Positions 40,068 to 49,557 of a DNA stretch of 64,000 bases are shown here, in pieces (the first letter of the stretch is position 1; each line of letters begins with the position of its first letter). This stretch comes from an uncultured delta proteobacterium (GTDB lineage Bacteria; Desulfobacterota; Binatia; Binatales; Binataceae). The stretch covers positions 352,001 through 416,000 of the forward strand of contig CAVXXK010000001.1 of assembly GCA_963765675.1 (NCBI GenBank), read 5' to 3'. The position numbers were made by a program, and so were the translations under genes. The notes beneath the pieces were generated by a model. That model had not been told where the DNA came from, searched no databases, and saw nothing but the letters and a program-made list of their open reading frames with translations.

Positions 40068-41537
40068 ATGGCGCAAGATTCGCGCATAGGGAAAGGCGGC
40101 CTCGCCGCGATCGTGCTCGCTGCCGGACTCGGCACCCGGATGCGCTCGGCGCGGGCCAAGGTTCTGCACGAGATCGGCGGCAGCGCGATGGTCACGCGAG
40201 TCATCCGCGCGCTCGAGGCGGCGGGCGCCGCGCCGATCGTCGCCGTCGCCGGCTATCAGGCGCGCGACGTTGAGGCCGCTGTGCGCAATGCCGCCGCTAG
40301 TGCGCAGATTGCAATCGCGATTCAGGCCGAGCCGCGCGGCACCGGCGACGCCGCGCGCTCAGGCATTGGCGCGACTCCGCCGGACTACGCCGGTGACGTA
40401 CTGATCGCATACGGCGACATGCCGATGCTGACCGCGGCGACGCTTTCTGCGTTCATCCGTGCGCATTACGAAAGCGGCGCGGCGCTGTCGTTCATCAGCG
40501 TGGTCCTCGATAACGGCGGCGCGTACGGGCGAGTGCTCCGCGACGCTGACGGAGCGGCGCTCGCGATCGTTGAGGCGCGCGACGCGTCGCCGGCGGAACT
40601 CGCGGTCCGTGAAATCAACACCGGAATCTATATTGCACACGCAGGCTTTCTGCGCGCGGCGCTTGCCGGCCTCCAACCAAAGAACGCGCAGCATGAATTT
40701 TATCTGACCGATATTGTCGCGTCGGCGCGCAAGCGCGGACTCGCGGTCCAGGCGTGGCGGGCGCGGGACGCGGCGGAATTCGCGGGCGTGAACACGCGCG
40801 AGGAGTTGGCATCGATGGAAACCGTACTTCGTGACCAGGTGAACCGGCGGCTGATGGCGGCGGGAGTGACGTTCGTCGATCCCGCTTCGGCGTATATTTC
40901 CGACCAGGCGGAGATCGCCGCCGACGTGATCATCGGACCCAATGTGCAGATTCTCGGGCGATGCCGCGTTGGCGCGGAGACCAGAATCGAGGGCACCGCG
41001 TGGCTGAAGGACGTCGAGATCGGCGAGCGATGCCATATCAAGCTGGGCGTTCGCGCCGAGGAGTGCCGGATCGGCGCGGACTCGGAGATCGGACCATTCG
41101 CGAATCTGCGCGCTGGGACTGACCTCGAGGGGCACAATCGCATCGGCAATTTCGTCGAAACCAAAAAGGCAAAAATCGGACACGGCACCAAGGCCAGCCA
41201 TCTGAGTTACCTGGGCGACGTGACGATCGGCCGCGACACCAACGTCGGATGCGGCGTGATCACCGTCAACTATGACGGCTACGAAAAGCACGCCACCCAG
41301 ATCGGCGACCGCTGCATGATCGGATGCGACACCCAGCTAGTCGCGCCAATCAAGGTCGGCAACGACGCGTACGTCGCCTCGGGCACGACAATTATCCGCG
41401 AGGTTTCCGATGGCGCGCTGGTGATGTCGAATCATCCGCAACGCGAAAAACCCGGCTGGACCGCAACCTGGCGCAAACGCCACGGCGACAACGGCACTGG
41501 CTCGACGAGTCACGCATCCAAGCCCTCCGGCAAATGA
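40068..41537 (+). CDS. glmU: Bifunctional GlcN-1-P acetyltransferase/UDP-GlcNAc pyrophosphorylase
   Basis: LAAGLGTRMRS, GTGDA, YGR, EINTG, EFYLTD, GNFVE.K, HLSYLGD, NYDG. Confidence 0.97.
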   Translation: MAQDSRIGKGGLAAIVLAAGLGTRMRSARAKVLHEIGGSAMVTRVIRALEAAGAAPIVAVAGYQARDVEAAVRNAAASAQIAIAIQAEPRGTGDAARSGIGATPPDYAGDVLIAYGDMPMLTAATLSAFIRAHYESGAALSFISVVLDNGGAYGRVLRDADGAALAIVEARDASPAELAVREINTGIYIAHAGFLRAALAGLQPKNAQHEFYLTDIVASARKRGLAVQAWRARDAAEFAGVNTREELASMETVLRDQVNRRLMAAGVTFVDPASAYISDQAEIAADVIIGPNVQILGRCRVGAETRIEGTAWLKDVEIGERCHIKLGVRAEECRIGADSEIGPFANLRAGTDLEGHNRIGNFVETKKAKIGHGTKASHLSYLGDVTIGRDTNVGCGVITVNYDGYEKHATQIGDRCMIGCDTQLVAPIKVGNDAYVASGTTIIREVSDGALVMSNHPQREKPGWTATWRKRHGDNGTGSTSHASKPSGK

Positions 41538-41564
41538 CGCAACGGAAAGTCGCGGGATGAACCG

Positions 41565-42443
41565 GTGCGGCAGATTTCTCGCCGAAAGCTGCTGATCGCC
41601 TCGTTGCTCGCCGGGCCGGCTCTGTTGAGTTTTCGGGCTGCTGCCGATGATCAGGACGCAGAGTTGCGACGCAGAGTTGCCGATCTCGAACGGAGGCACG
41701 GTGGCCGGCTTGGCGTCGCGGTTCTCGATACCGCGAGGATGAAGCTGATCGCACATCGTGGTGACGAGCGCTTTCCCATGTGCAGCACGTCCAAGTTTCC
41801 AACCGCCGCATTCGTCATGGCGCGGGTTGATCACAAGCAGGAGAGCCTGGGCCGCCGGATCGTCTATTCGAAGGATTACCTGGTTCCGTATTCCCCGGTC
41901 ACCGAGAAGCACGTCGGCGGCGACGGACTGACCGTCGGCGAAATCTGCGGAGCGGCACTGACCCTCAGCGACAACACGGCAGAGAACCTGCTCCTGGACA
42001 CCTTCGGCGGGCCGGCGGCATTGACGGCCTACCTCCGCTCGCTTGGAGACAGGGTCACTCGGCTCGACCGGCGTGAACCGGAGCTGAACACAGCCATCCC
42101 CGGCGATCCGCGCGACACCACTACTCCGATCGCGATGCTGGAAATCCTGCACAAGATCATCCTCGGTACCGCGCTATCGGCCTCCTCTCGCGAGCAACTG
42201 ACCGCGTGGATCGTCGCAAGTAAGACCGGCGACAAGCGCTTGCGCGCAGGCATGCCAAAAGGTTGGCGCGTCGGAGACAAGACCGGCTCCGGGCCGAACA
42301 ATGTAACGAACGACATCGCCGTCGCATGGCCGCCAGCGCGCGCACCAATAATCGTGACGGCCTACTATGCTGGCGCTCGCGCATCGGATGACGAGCGGAA
42401 TGCGATCCTGGCAGAGGTCGGCCAACTCGCGCTGACGGTTTGA
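41565..42443 (+). CDS. bla: Class A beta-lactamase with twin-arginine-like signal
   Basis: ERFPMCSTSK (S70xxK), SDN, DRREPELN (E166/N170), RDTTTP, DKTGSG; N-terminal SRRKLL. Confidence 0.92.
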   Translation: MRQISRRKLLIASLLAGPALLSFRAAADDQDAELRRRVADLERRHGGRLGVAVLDTARMKLIAHRGDERFPMCSTSKFPTAAFVMARVDHKQESLGRRIVYSKDYLVPYSPVTEKHVGGDGLTVGEICGAALTLSDNTAENLLLDTFGGPAALTAYLRSLGDRVTRLDRREPELNTAIPGDPRDTTTPIAMLEILHKIILGTALSASSREQLTAWIVASKTGDKRLRAGMPKGWRVGDKTGSGPNNVTNDIAVAWPPARAPIIVTAYYAGARASDDERNAILAEVGQLALTV

Positions 42444-42516
42444 GGCCATCTGTCACTCGGCGAGTTCTCGGCGCTCCTTGGATATAGTCCATCCAACGCC
42501 ACCCAAAATGCCGCGC

Positions 42517-42545
42517 TTGTACCATCCTGCGCGGGCGGGGATAAT
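42517..42545 (+). promoter_or_regulatory. Putative sigma70 promoter for the ribozyme-glmS transcript
   Basis: TTGTAC-17 bp-GATAAT about 75 bp upstream of the ribozyme. Confidence 0.55.
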
Positions 42546-42619
42546 CTTTGGTAAGGGAAACGAAGCCCGAATTTCTATCGAGGTGATGGTCGAGCTGATT
42601 CAACGCATAGGACGAGAGT

Positions 42620-42766
42620 AGCGCCAGGACTCGGATTGTATTCGCAATCCGAGTTGACGAGGTGGAAGCTTCATCGAAAGATTCGGCGGATGGCTTCCCG
42701 GTTCCACGGCCGAAAAAGGCGAACAAACCACGCGGGTGACCGCGTGACAAAAGCCGCCTTGAGTGG
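42620..42766 (+). ncRNA. glmS riboswitch-ribozyme (GlcN6P-activated self-cleaving RNA)
   Basis: A/GCGCCAGGACT cleavage site; P1 actcggattg/caatccgagt; TTGACGAGG; P2 ggaagc/gcttcc around ATCGAAAGATTCGGCGGAT; P3 cggtt/ggccg; P4 aaggcg/cgcctt with ACAAA bulges and a cacgcgg-GTGA-ccgcgtg hairpin; P3.1 ccac/gtgg; 5' of glmS. Confidence 0.93.
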
Positions 42767-42937
42767 CAGGGCAAGATGCCCTGACGAAGATTAAACTCTC
42801 CCGCTTTGATCATCCCCTTCGATTCCGGATCGCACGGACGCGACGAGCGCGGCTCGTGGCTCTCGTGATTCCCGAAACTGCCGCGCAAAAGTGCGGCGCA
42901 ACGCTATCTCTGCAACTGATGCGGAGGGGGAATCATT

Positions 42938-44771
42938 ATGTGTGGAATCATCGGATACGTCGGAGCGGATGAGGCCTATCCCATCCTGATTGAAGGGTTG
43001 GCTCGCCTCGAATACCGCGGCTACGACTCGGCCGGCGTCGCGACAATCGTGCAGAACGGCAAGCTCGAGATTCGCCGCGCGGCCGGCAAGCTGGCCAATC
43101 TGCGCACGCGTCTCGCCGACGCTCCGCTTGGCGGCCGGATCGGAATCGGACACACGCGCTGGGCCACCCACGGCCGCCCGTCCGAGGAGAATGCACATCC
43201 GCACAAGGCCGGCCCGGTCGCAGTGATTCACAACGGAATCGTCGAGAACTATCTTGAGCTGCGCGCCGCGCTGCTCGCGCGCGGCCATCAGCTTCGCTCG
43301 CAAACCGACACCGAGCTGATTTCTCATCTGATCGAGGAACGGATCAAGGCGGGACTCGGGCTGACTGAGGCGGTCAGACGCTCGGTCGGCGATCTGCGCG
43401 GCTCATTCTCGATCGTGGTCTTGTCGGAGACCGAGCCCGGCAAGCTGGTCGCGGCGAAGACCGCGACTCCGCTGGTTCTTGGACTTGGCGAGGGCGAGAA
43501 TTTCGTCGCGTCCGATATTCCCGCGATCCTGAACCACACGCGCAGGGCGATCGTGCTCGACGACGGCGAGCTGGCGGAAATCACCGCGCATAGTGTTCGA
43601 ATCATGAAGTTCGACGGCACGCCCGTCACGCGGACGCCGCGCCATATCGAATGGGACGCCGTCGCCGCAACCAAGGGCGGTTTCAAACACTACCTGCGCA
43701 AGGAGATAAGCGAGCAGCCGCAAGCATGGATCGACACGCTGGCCGATCGCGCGATCGCTGGATCATCAGAGGTCCGCTTCGACGAGGAGCTTCTGCCCGC
43801 CGGCGGCCCCGGACTCGATCGGGCGAATCGTGATGGTGAGCGAAGGGGCGTCGTGGATCACGGCGAATATCGGGAAATACATGATCGAGGAGCTGACCGG
43901 AATTCCGGTCGAGGCCGACTTCGCCTCGGAGTTCCGCTACCGCCGCGCGCCGATAGATTCGCGCACCATGATGATCGCGATCTCTCAGTCGGGCGAGACT
44001 GCCGACACTCTGGCCGCGATGGAGGAAGGCATCCGGCGTGGCGCGCACGTGATCGCGCTGACTAATACTCTCGATTCGTCGATCGCGCGGCGCGCGCACG
44101 CGCGGCTGTACACGCGATGCGGTCTCGAGATCAGCGTGACTACGACCAAGTGCTTCATCACCCAGGTCGAGGCTTTCTATCTGTTCGCGATTCATCTCGC
44201 TGCCCGGATGGGGCGCCTTAACGCCGCCGAGGCCGAGGCGCTGCTGGCACCGGCGTTCGCGATTCCCGCGCAGATGAAAGCGATCTTCGCGCTCGAGCCC
44301 GAGATCGAGCGGATCGCGCGCACCTACGCGTCCGCGCGCGATTTCATCTATATCGGCCGCGGGATCAATCATCCGGTCGCGCTCGAAGGCGCGCTCAAGC
44401 TGAAGGAGATCTCTTACATCCACGCCGAGGGCTTTCCCGCGGGTTTCATGAAGCACGGCCCGATCGCGCTGATCGACGAGTCGGTTCCGGTCGTGGTGCT
44501 GATTCCCAACGATGACCTGTTCGACAAGATGCTCTCGAACCTGCGCGAGGTTGAATCGCGCGGCGGAAAGATTATCGCCGTGACCGACCGCGCCACCGAC
44601 GAGCTGCGCTCAGTCGCAACCGAGGTACTCGAGCTTCCGGCGACCAACCGGATGCTCACGCCGGTGCTGATGACTATTCCGCTGCAACTGCTCGCCTACC
44701 ATGTGGCGGCGGAGCGCGGCACCGATATCGACCAGCCGCGCAACCTCGCGAAATCGGTGACGGTCGAGTAG
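42938..44771 (+). CDS. glmS: Glutamine-fructose-6-phosphate aminotransferase (one +1 frameshift near 43808; divergent isomerase motifs)
   Basis: MCGIIG, LEYRGYDSAG, HTRWATHG, SQSGETADT, LKLKEISY, PRNLAKSVTVE; an extra C in the cccc run at 43807-43810 joins the two ORFs. Confidence 0.93.
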
Positions 44772-44775
44772 CTGG

Positions 44776-44822
44776 AAAAGAAATCGGCGCGGAGCTTGTG
44801 GGCTCCGCGCCGATTTTTGTTT
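44776..44822. terminator. Bidirectional terminator between glmS and the DUF1329-type gene
   Basis: aaatcggcgcggagc-ttgtgg-gctccgcgccgattt with A tract before and T tract after. Confidence 0.85.
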
Positions 44823-44846
44823 ACCGATTGCGGTTTCAGGCCGTCA

Positions 44847-46146
44847 TTACGGCGCCGCGGCGACCATCGCCTTTACCGTGCAGAAGTCCTTGTCCACCGC
44901 GCCCATGTTGATGTACCAGCATTCGCGCTCGGGCGTGTTCTGGCCGGGCAGATAGCACATCGTCGAGATTCCGCCCTCCATGTCGACTCGGCTGGCGCCG
45001 ACTACGAACTCGCGCTTGAACGGATAGATCGCCACGCGAGCGTCCGGCACCGGCCGGTCGCGATAGGCCAGCCAATAGATATTCGAGCGCCAGAGTTGAC
45101 CCTGTCGATCGTAGGTATCGACCAAGGGATCAAACCACACTTCGCTGTCGATGTAGATGATCGAGTTCTTGTCCAGCGCGCCGCCCGCCTGGCCAAGATC
45201 GCGGCGCGGGGTCGCGTTGATGACGTAGACGTGGCGCATCTCCCAATCTTCCGGGCACGCCGAGGCGCCACCGTCGGTCGGGCAGGTGACCTCCGGAGAA
45301 TGCTTGGCATGCACGCTCATCAGCATCTCCTTGTCGCCCAGGAATTTGTAGTCATAGAACTCGGTCTTGGCGTTGAAGCCGGAATAGTGATCCGGATCAA
45401 ACTGCTGCGTCCCGGTCGCCGAGCTCAGGATCGCCTCGTTCAACCGGCGCACGCGCCGGGTGCCGGGGTTCCAGTCCCACGAGTCGTCGCCGCGCTTGGG
45501 ATCCATGTACCGATAACGGATTAGTCCCTCTCCGTACGCATCCGCCGGCGCGAGAATCGGATACAGCGCAAACAGCCACATCCGGCCCGTGATCTTGAAG
45601 TCCGGGTCCGTCGGCAGCGGCTCGACCTCGGTGCGTCCGACCAGCGAATAGCCCGCGTAATGGCCGACCCAGATGTCGTTGATGATATGCTGGGACTGGC
45701 CGGGGCGTACGTACTGAATCTGGCAATCGTAGAAGCGCAGATCGTAGTCGTCGGTCTGAATCGGACGGAACACGTTATTCCACATCACCTTGTTGGCGAC
45801 GTAAGGATCGTTCGAATCGATCAGCGGAAACGGCTGTCCCGCGACGTATCCGATGAGCGAACGATGGTCGCTGGTCAGGCGCACCTGCGCGGAATACTTT
45901 TCGGTCGCGTCCTTGTACGGCGGCGGCCAATCGATCCGCTGAGTCGGCACGATGTCCATCTGCATCCCGTGCGTGACCATGTAATAAACGCCGGGGCCGA
46001 CGACATCCTTGACCTGTGTCGCGTTCTGCGGGGTGATTACATCCCCCGGTTTGACTGTGGCTGACGCGAGCGGACGTAGCCGCGAAGACCGCGAGGATCG
46101 CGACCGCGCCAGCGAGCGAGACTCTGGCTAACACCCGCTTGAGCAT
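44847..46146 (-). CDS. DUF1329-type exported protein, copy 1 (frameshift near 46060-46100)
   Basis: Signal MLKRVLARV in one frame, body (VKPG.VIT, YVAGQPFP, PGTRRVRRL, YDRQGQLWR) in another; near-identical to copy 2. Confidence 0.75.
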
Positions 46147-46312
46147 CCAAGAAACCTCCTCGAGCAAAGAAAAATCATGCTTTCGGCAATCCTATCATGT
46201 GAAGCCCACAAGACTTACCCGCCGCACGTTAGAATGCGCACGAAAAATCTTCCTTACACGCATTAGGTACGATTGCCGAGGCGGATCGGATTGAATGTCA
46301 GGCGGAATCAGC

Positions 46313-46353
46313 AAAAAAGCAGGCGGCGCGGAGCCTTTTTTGCCCCGCGCCGC
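46313..46353 (-). terminator. Terminator after DUF1329-type copy 2
   Basis: gcggcgcggagc/gccccgcgccgc stem with an A6 tract on + (U tract on -). Confidence 0.65.
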
Positions 46354-46387
46354 TGGTGTGCGCACAAAACTGAAATCAGAATTTACT

Positions 46388-47686
46388 TCACGGCGCCGCG
46401 GAAACCATCGCCTTCACCGTGCAGAAGTCTTTATCGACCGCGCCCATATTGATGTACCAGCACTCGCGCTCCGGCGTGTTCTGGCCGGGCAAATAGCACA
46501 TCGTCGAGATTCCGCCCTCCATGTCCACCCGATCGGCGCCCACCACGAATTCGCGCTTGAACGGATAGATCGCCACGCGCGCGTCTGGCACCGGCCGGTC
46601 CCGATACGCCAGCCAGTAGATATTCGAGCGCCAGAGCTGTCCCTGCCGATCGTAGGTATCAACCATCGGGTCGAACCAGACTTCGCTGTCGATGTAGATG
46701 ATGGATTCCTTGTCCAACGCTCCGCCTGCTGCGCCCAGGTCGCGCCGCGGCGTCGCCTGGACCACGTACACGTGACGCATCTCCCAGTCTTCCGGACACG
46801 CCGACGCGCCGCCGTCAGTCGGACAAGTGACCTCGGGAGAATGCTTCGCGTGCACGCTCATCAGCATCTCCTTGTCGCCCAGAAATTTGTAGTCATAGAA
46901 CTCCGTCTTGGCGTTGAACCCAGAGTAGTGATCCGGATCGAACTGCTGCGTTCCGGTCGCCGAGCTCAGGATCGATTCGTTGAGCCGGCGCACGCGACGG
47001 GTTCCCGGAGTCCAGGTCCACGAGTCGTCGCCACGCTTGGGATCCTCGTAGCGGTAGCGAATCAGGCCGGTGCCATAAGCGTCCGCCGGAGCGAGAATCG
47101 GATATAAAGCGAACAGCCACATCCGGTTAGTGATCTTGAAGTCAGGATCAGTCGGCATCGGTTCGACCTCGGTACGTCCAACCTCCGAATAACCTGCGTA
47201 GTGCCCCACCCAGATCTCGTTGATGATGTTATGCGACTTGCCGGGGCGGATGTACTGAATCTGGCAGTCGAAGAAGCGCAGGTCATAGTCGTCGCTCTGG
47301 ATCGGACGGAACACGTTGTTCCACATCACCTTGCTCGCGACGAAAGGATCGTTCGCGTCGATGAGCGGAAATGGCTGCCCGGCCACGTATCCGATGAGCG
47401 ATCGATGGTCGGTGGTCAGGCGGACCTGCGATGAGTACTTCTCGGTCGCGTCTTTGTACGGTGGCGGCCAATCGATCCGTTGGGTCGGTACGATATCCAT
47501 CTGCATCCCGTGCGTGACCATGTAATAGACACCGGGAGTGACGACATCCTTGACCGATGTGGCGTTGGCGGGAGTGATTACTTCTCCCGGTTTCACAGCC
47601 GCCTGGGAGCATAGCGATCCGGCGACGATGAGAAACATCGCTAACGCTCCAGTAAGAATACCTCTGGTCAGCACCCGGTTGAGCAT
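46388..47686 (-). CDS. DUF1329-type exported protein, copy 2
   Basis: Signal peptide, G.PFP, RRVRR, YD..GQLWR motifs; GGAGG RBS. Confidence 0.78.
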   Translation of the reverse strand: MLNRVLTRGILTGALAMFLIVAGSLCSQAAVKPGEVITPANATSVKDVVTPGVYYMVTHGMQMDIVPTQRIDWPPPYKDATEKYSSQVRLTTDHRSLIGYVAGQPFPLIDANDPFVASKVMWNNVFRPIQSDDYDLRFFDCQIQYIRPGKSHNIINEIWVGHYAGYSEVGRTEVEPMPTDPDFKITNRMWLFALYPILAPADAYGTGLIRYRYEDPKRGDDSWTWTPGTRRVRRLNESILSSATGTQQFDPDHYSGFNAKTEFYDYKFLGDKEMLMSVHAKHSPEVTCPTDGGASACPEDWEMRHVYVVQATPRRDLGAAGGALDKESIIYIDSEVWFDPMVDTYDRQGQLWRSNIYWLAYRDRPVPDARVAIYPFKREFVVGADRVDMEGGISTMCYLPGQNTPERECWYINMGAVDKDFCTVKAMVSAAP

Positions 47687-47821
47687 CCGAGAAACCTCCA
47701 TAAGACAAAGTATCTGTTTAGATTAGTGTTGATCTATTGAGCCGTAATTGCTTCCGAAAAAATCTAATGCTCGGATTAGCGCAGGTTGTCCTCGCCGCAG
47801 CTGTTGCGTTGTTTTGCGCTC

Positions 47822-47862
47822 AAAAAGGAAACGGCGCGAAGGATTGTCTCCTCCGCGCCGTC
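47822..47862 (-). terminator. Terminator after DUF1329-type copy 3
   Basis: acggcgcgaagga/tcctccgcgccgt stem with A-rich tract on +. Confidence 0.6.
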
Positions 47863-47893
47863 GGTTATCAGCAATTTTACGATCAGGCTGTCG

Positions 47894-49192
47894 TCACGGA
47901 GCCGCCGCGACCATCGCCTTCACCGTGCAGAAATCCTTGGACACCGCACCCATGTTGATATACCAGCATTCGCGCTCCGGCGTATGCTGTCCCGGCAGAT
48001 AACACATCGTCGAGACGTTGCCCTGCACGTCGATCGACGCCGCTCCCACCACGAACTCGCGCTTGAACGGATAGACCGCCACGCGCGCGTCCGGCACCGG
48101 CCGATCGCGATAGGTCAGCCAGTAGATGTGCGCGCGCCACAGCTGCCCCTTCTGGTCGTAGGTGTCGATGTACGGCTCGAACCACGCTTCGGCGTCGAGG
48201 TAGATCACCGTGTCGCGATCCAGCGCGGTTGGCGCACCCTTGCGGTCGCGGCGAGGGATCGCGTCGACGATATACATCCGCCGCATCTCCCAGTCCTCCG
48301 GGCATGCCGTCCCGCCGCCGTCATAGGGGCAGGTCATTTCGGGCGAGTGTGCCGCATGAACGCTGGCCAGCAGCTCGCGCTGCCCGAGGAACCGGTAGGT
48401 GTACTGTTCGGTCTTCGGGTTGAAGCCGGAATAGTGATCCGGGTCATAGGTCTGCGTGCCGGTCGCCGAGCTCATCATCGCTTCGTTGAGACGGCGCACG
48501 CGGCGCGTTCCAGGCTGCCAATCCCAACTGTCGTCGCCCTTGTCGGGATCGGCATAGCGCCACCGGATGAGCCCCTGCCCGCGCGACTCTTCCGGCGAAA
48601 GAATCGGATAGAGCGCGAACAGCCACATCCGCCCCGTGGTCCGGTAGTCCGGATCGATCGGGAGCGGATCAACTTCCGTGCGCCCGACCAGATCGTAACC
48701 GGCGTAGTGCCCGATCTCGATATCGTCGATAATCCGCTGCTCCTGTCCCGGCTTGATGTACTCGGTCTGGCAATCATAGAAGCGCAGATCGTAGTCGTCG
48801 GTCGAGATTGGGCGAAACACGTTGTTCCACACGAGCTTGATCGCGATGTCGGGATCATTCGCGTCGATCAACGGAAACGGCTGCCCTGCCACGTAACCGA
48901 CCACCGTGCGATGGTCTTCGCTGAGCCGCACCTGGCCCGAGTATTTCTCGGTCGCCTCGCGGTATGGCGGCGGCCATTCGATCACGTCCGGCGCGACGAT
49001 ATTCATGCGCATCCCGTGCGTGACGGCGTAATAAACGCCGGGCGATACGAGCTGCCTGACCTGAGTTGCGTTTTGCGCCCCGATCACTTCCCCCGGCTTC
49101 ACCGCGGCCCGTGCCCCCGCCGACGCAATCATCAGTGAAGCGAGACAGGATGCGACCGTACAAAGCGTCTGTCCCCATCTACGCTTTAACAT
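47894..49192 (-). CDS. DUF1329-type exported protein, copy 3
   Basis: Same motifs and C-terminus (FCTVKAMVAAAP); more diverged than copies 1 and 2. Confidence 0.78.
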   Translation of the reverse strand: MLKRRWGQTLCTVASCLASLMIASAGARAAVKPGEVIGAQNATQVRQLVSPGVYYAVTHGMRMNIVAPDVIEWPPPYREATEKYSGQVRLSEDHRTVVGYVAGQPFPLIDANDPDIAIKLVWNNVFRPISTDDYDLRFYDCQTEYIKPGQEQRIIDDIEIGHYAGYDLVGRTEVDPLPIDPDYRTTGRMWLFALYPILSPEESRGQGLIRWRYADPDKGDDSWDWQPGTRRVRRLNEAMMSSATGTQTYDPDHYSGFNPKTEQYTYRFLGQRELLASVHAAHSPEMTCPYDGGGTACPEDWEMRRMYIVDAIPRRDRKGAPTALDRDTVIYLDAEAWFEPYIDTYDQKGQLWRAHIYWLTYRDRPVPDARVAVYPFKREFVVGAASIDVQGNVSTMCYLPGQHTPERECWYINMGAVSKDFCTVKAMVAAAP

Positions 49193-49557
49193 TTCATGAC
49201 CTCCCTGCCCTGCCCTGCCTTCGGAGAGATAGTTTGTTTTTCCCTCTTTGGCTCATTCAGACTAAATCCTACAAATTGACGTATCAATCTGCACAACTTG
49301 TATCAAGAGGGGGCAAGGAGAAAAAAAGACACCCGTAGCGCAGCAGGCCTGATGCCCACGATTGACATGTGCCACACCCGCTCTGCCGCGAGCCTCTGCC
49401 GCTCAAGGCAGACCCCGCGGGGTGGGCGATTTTGCAGCGCCCAAAGCCCCCAAAGCTCGCCGGCACGCTCTACCTTCAGCTCTCCACCTGTCGAAGATCG
49501 GCTGGCAATTCGATGGCGCTGCCCTTATTTTGGGATTCAAAAGTCGAGGTGACCCCG

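Noticed and set aside
42157-42888. 243-aa minus-strand ORF across the bla-glmS gap
   Set aside because: It overlaps bla and the ribozyme in antisense and has no protein-like motifs.
43800-43830. Programmed frameshift or naturally split glmS
   Set aside because: One extra C in a homopolymer explains it, no slippery heptamer is evident, and similar +1 shifts recur across the window.
44735-44850. attTn7 site at the 3' end of glmS
   Set aside because: glmS is followed directly by a terminator and a DUF1329-type gene. No Tn7 end or tns gene is visible, so the site appears empty.
49275-49288. ATTGA-CGTA-TCAAT palindrome as an FNR box
   Set aside because: The spacing is 2 bp shorter than TTGAT-N4-ATCAA. 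It may be another operator but cannot be assigned.
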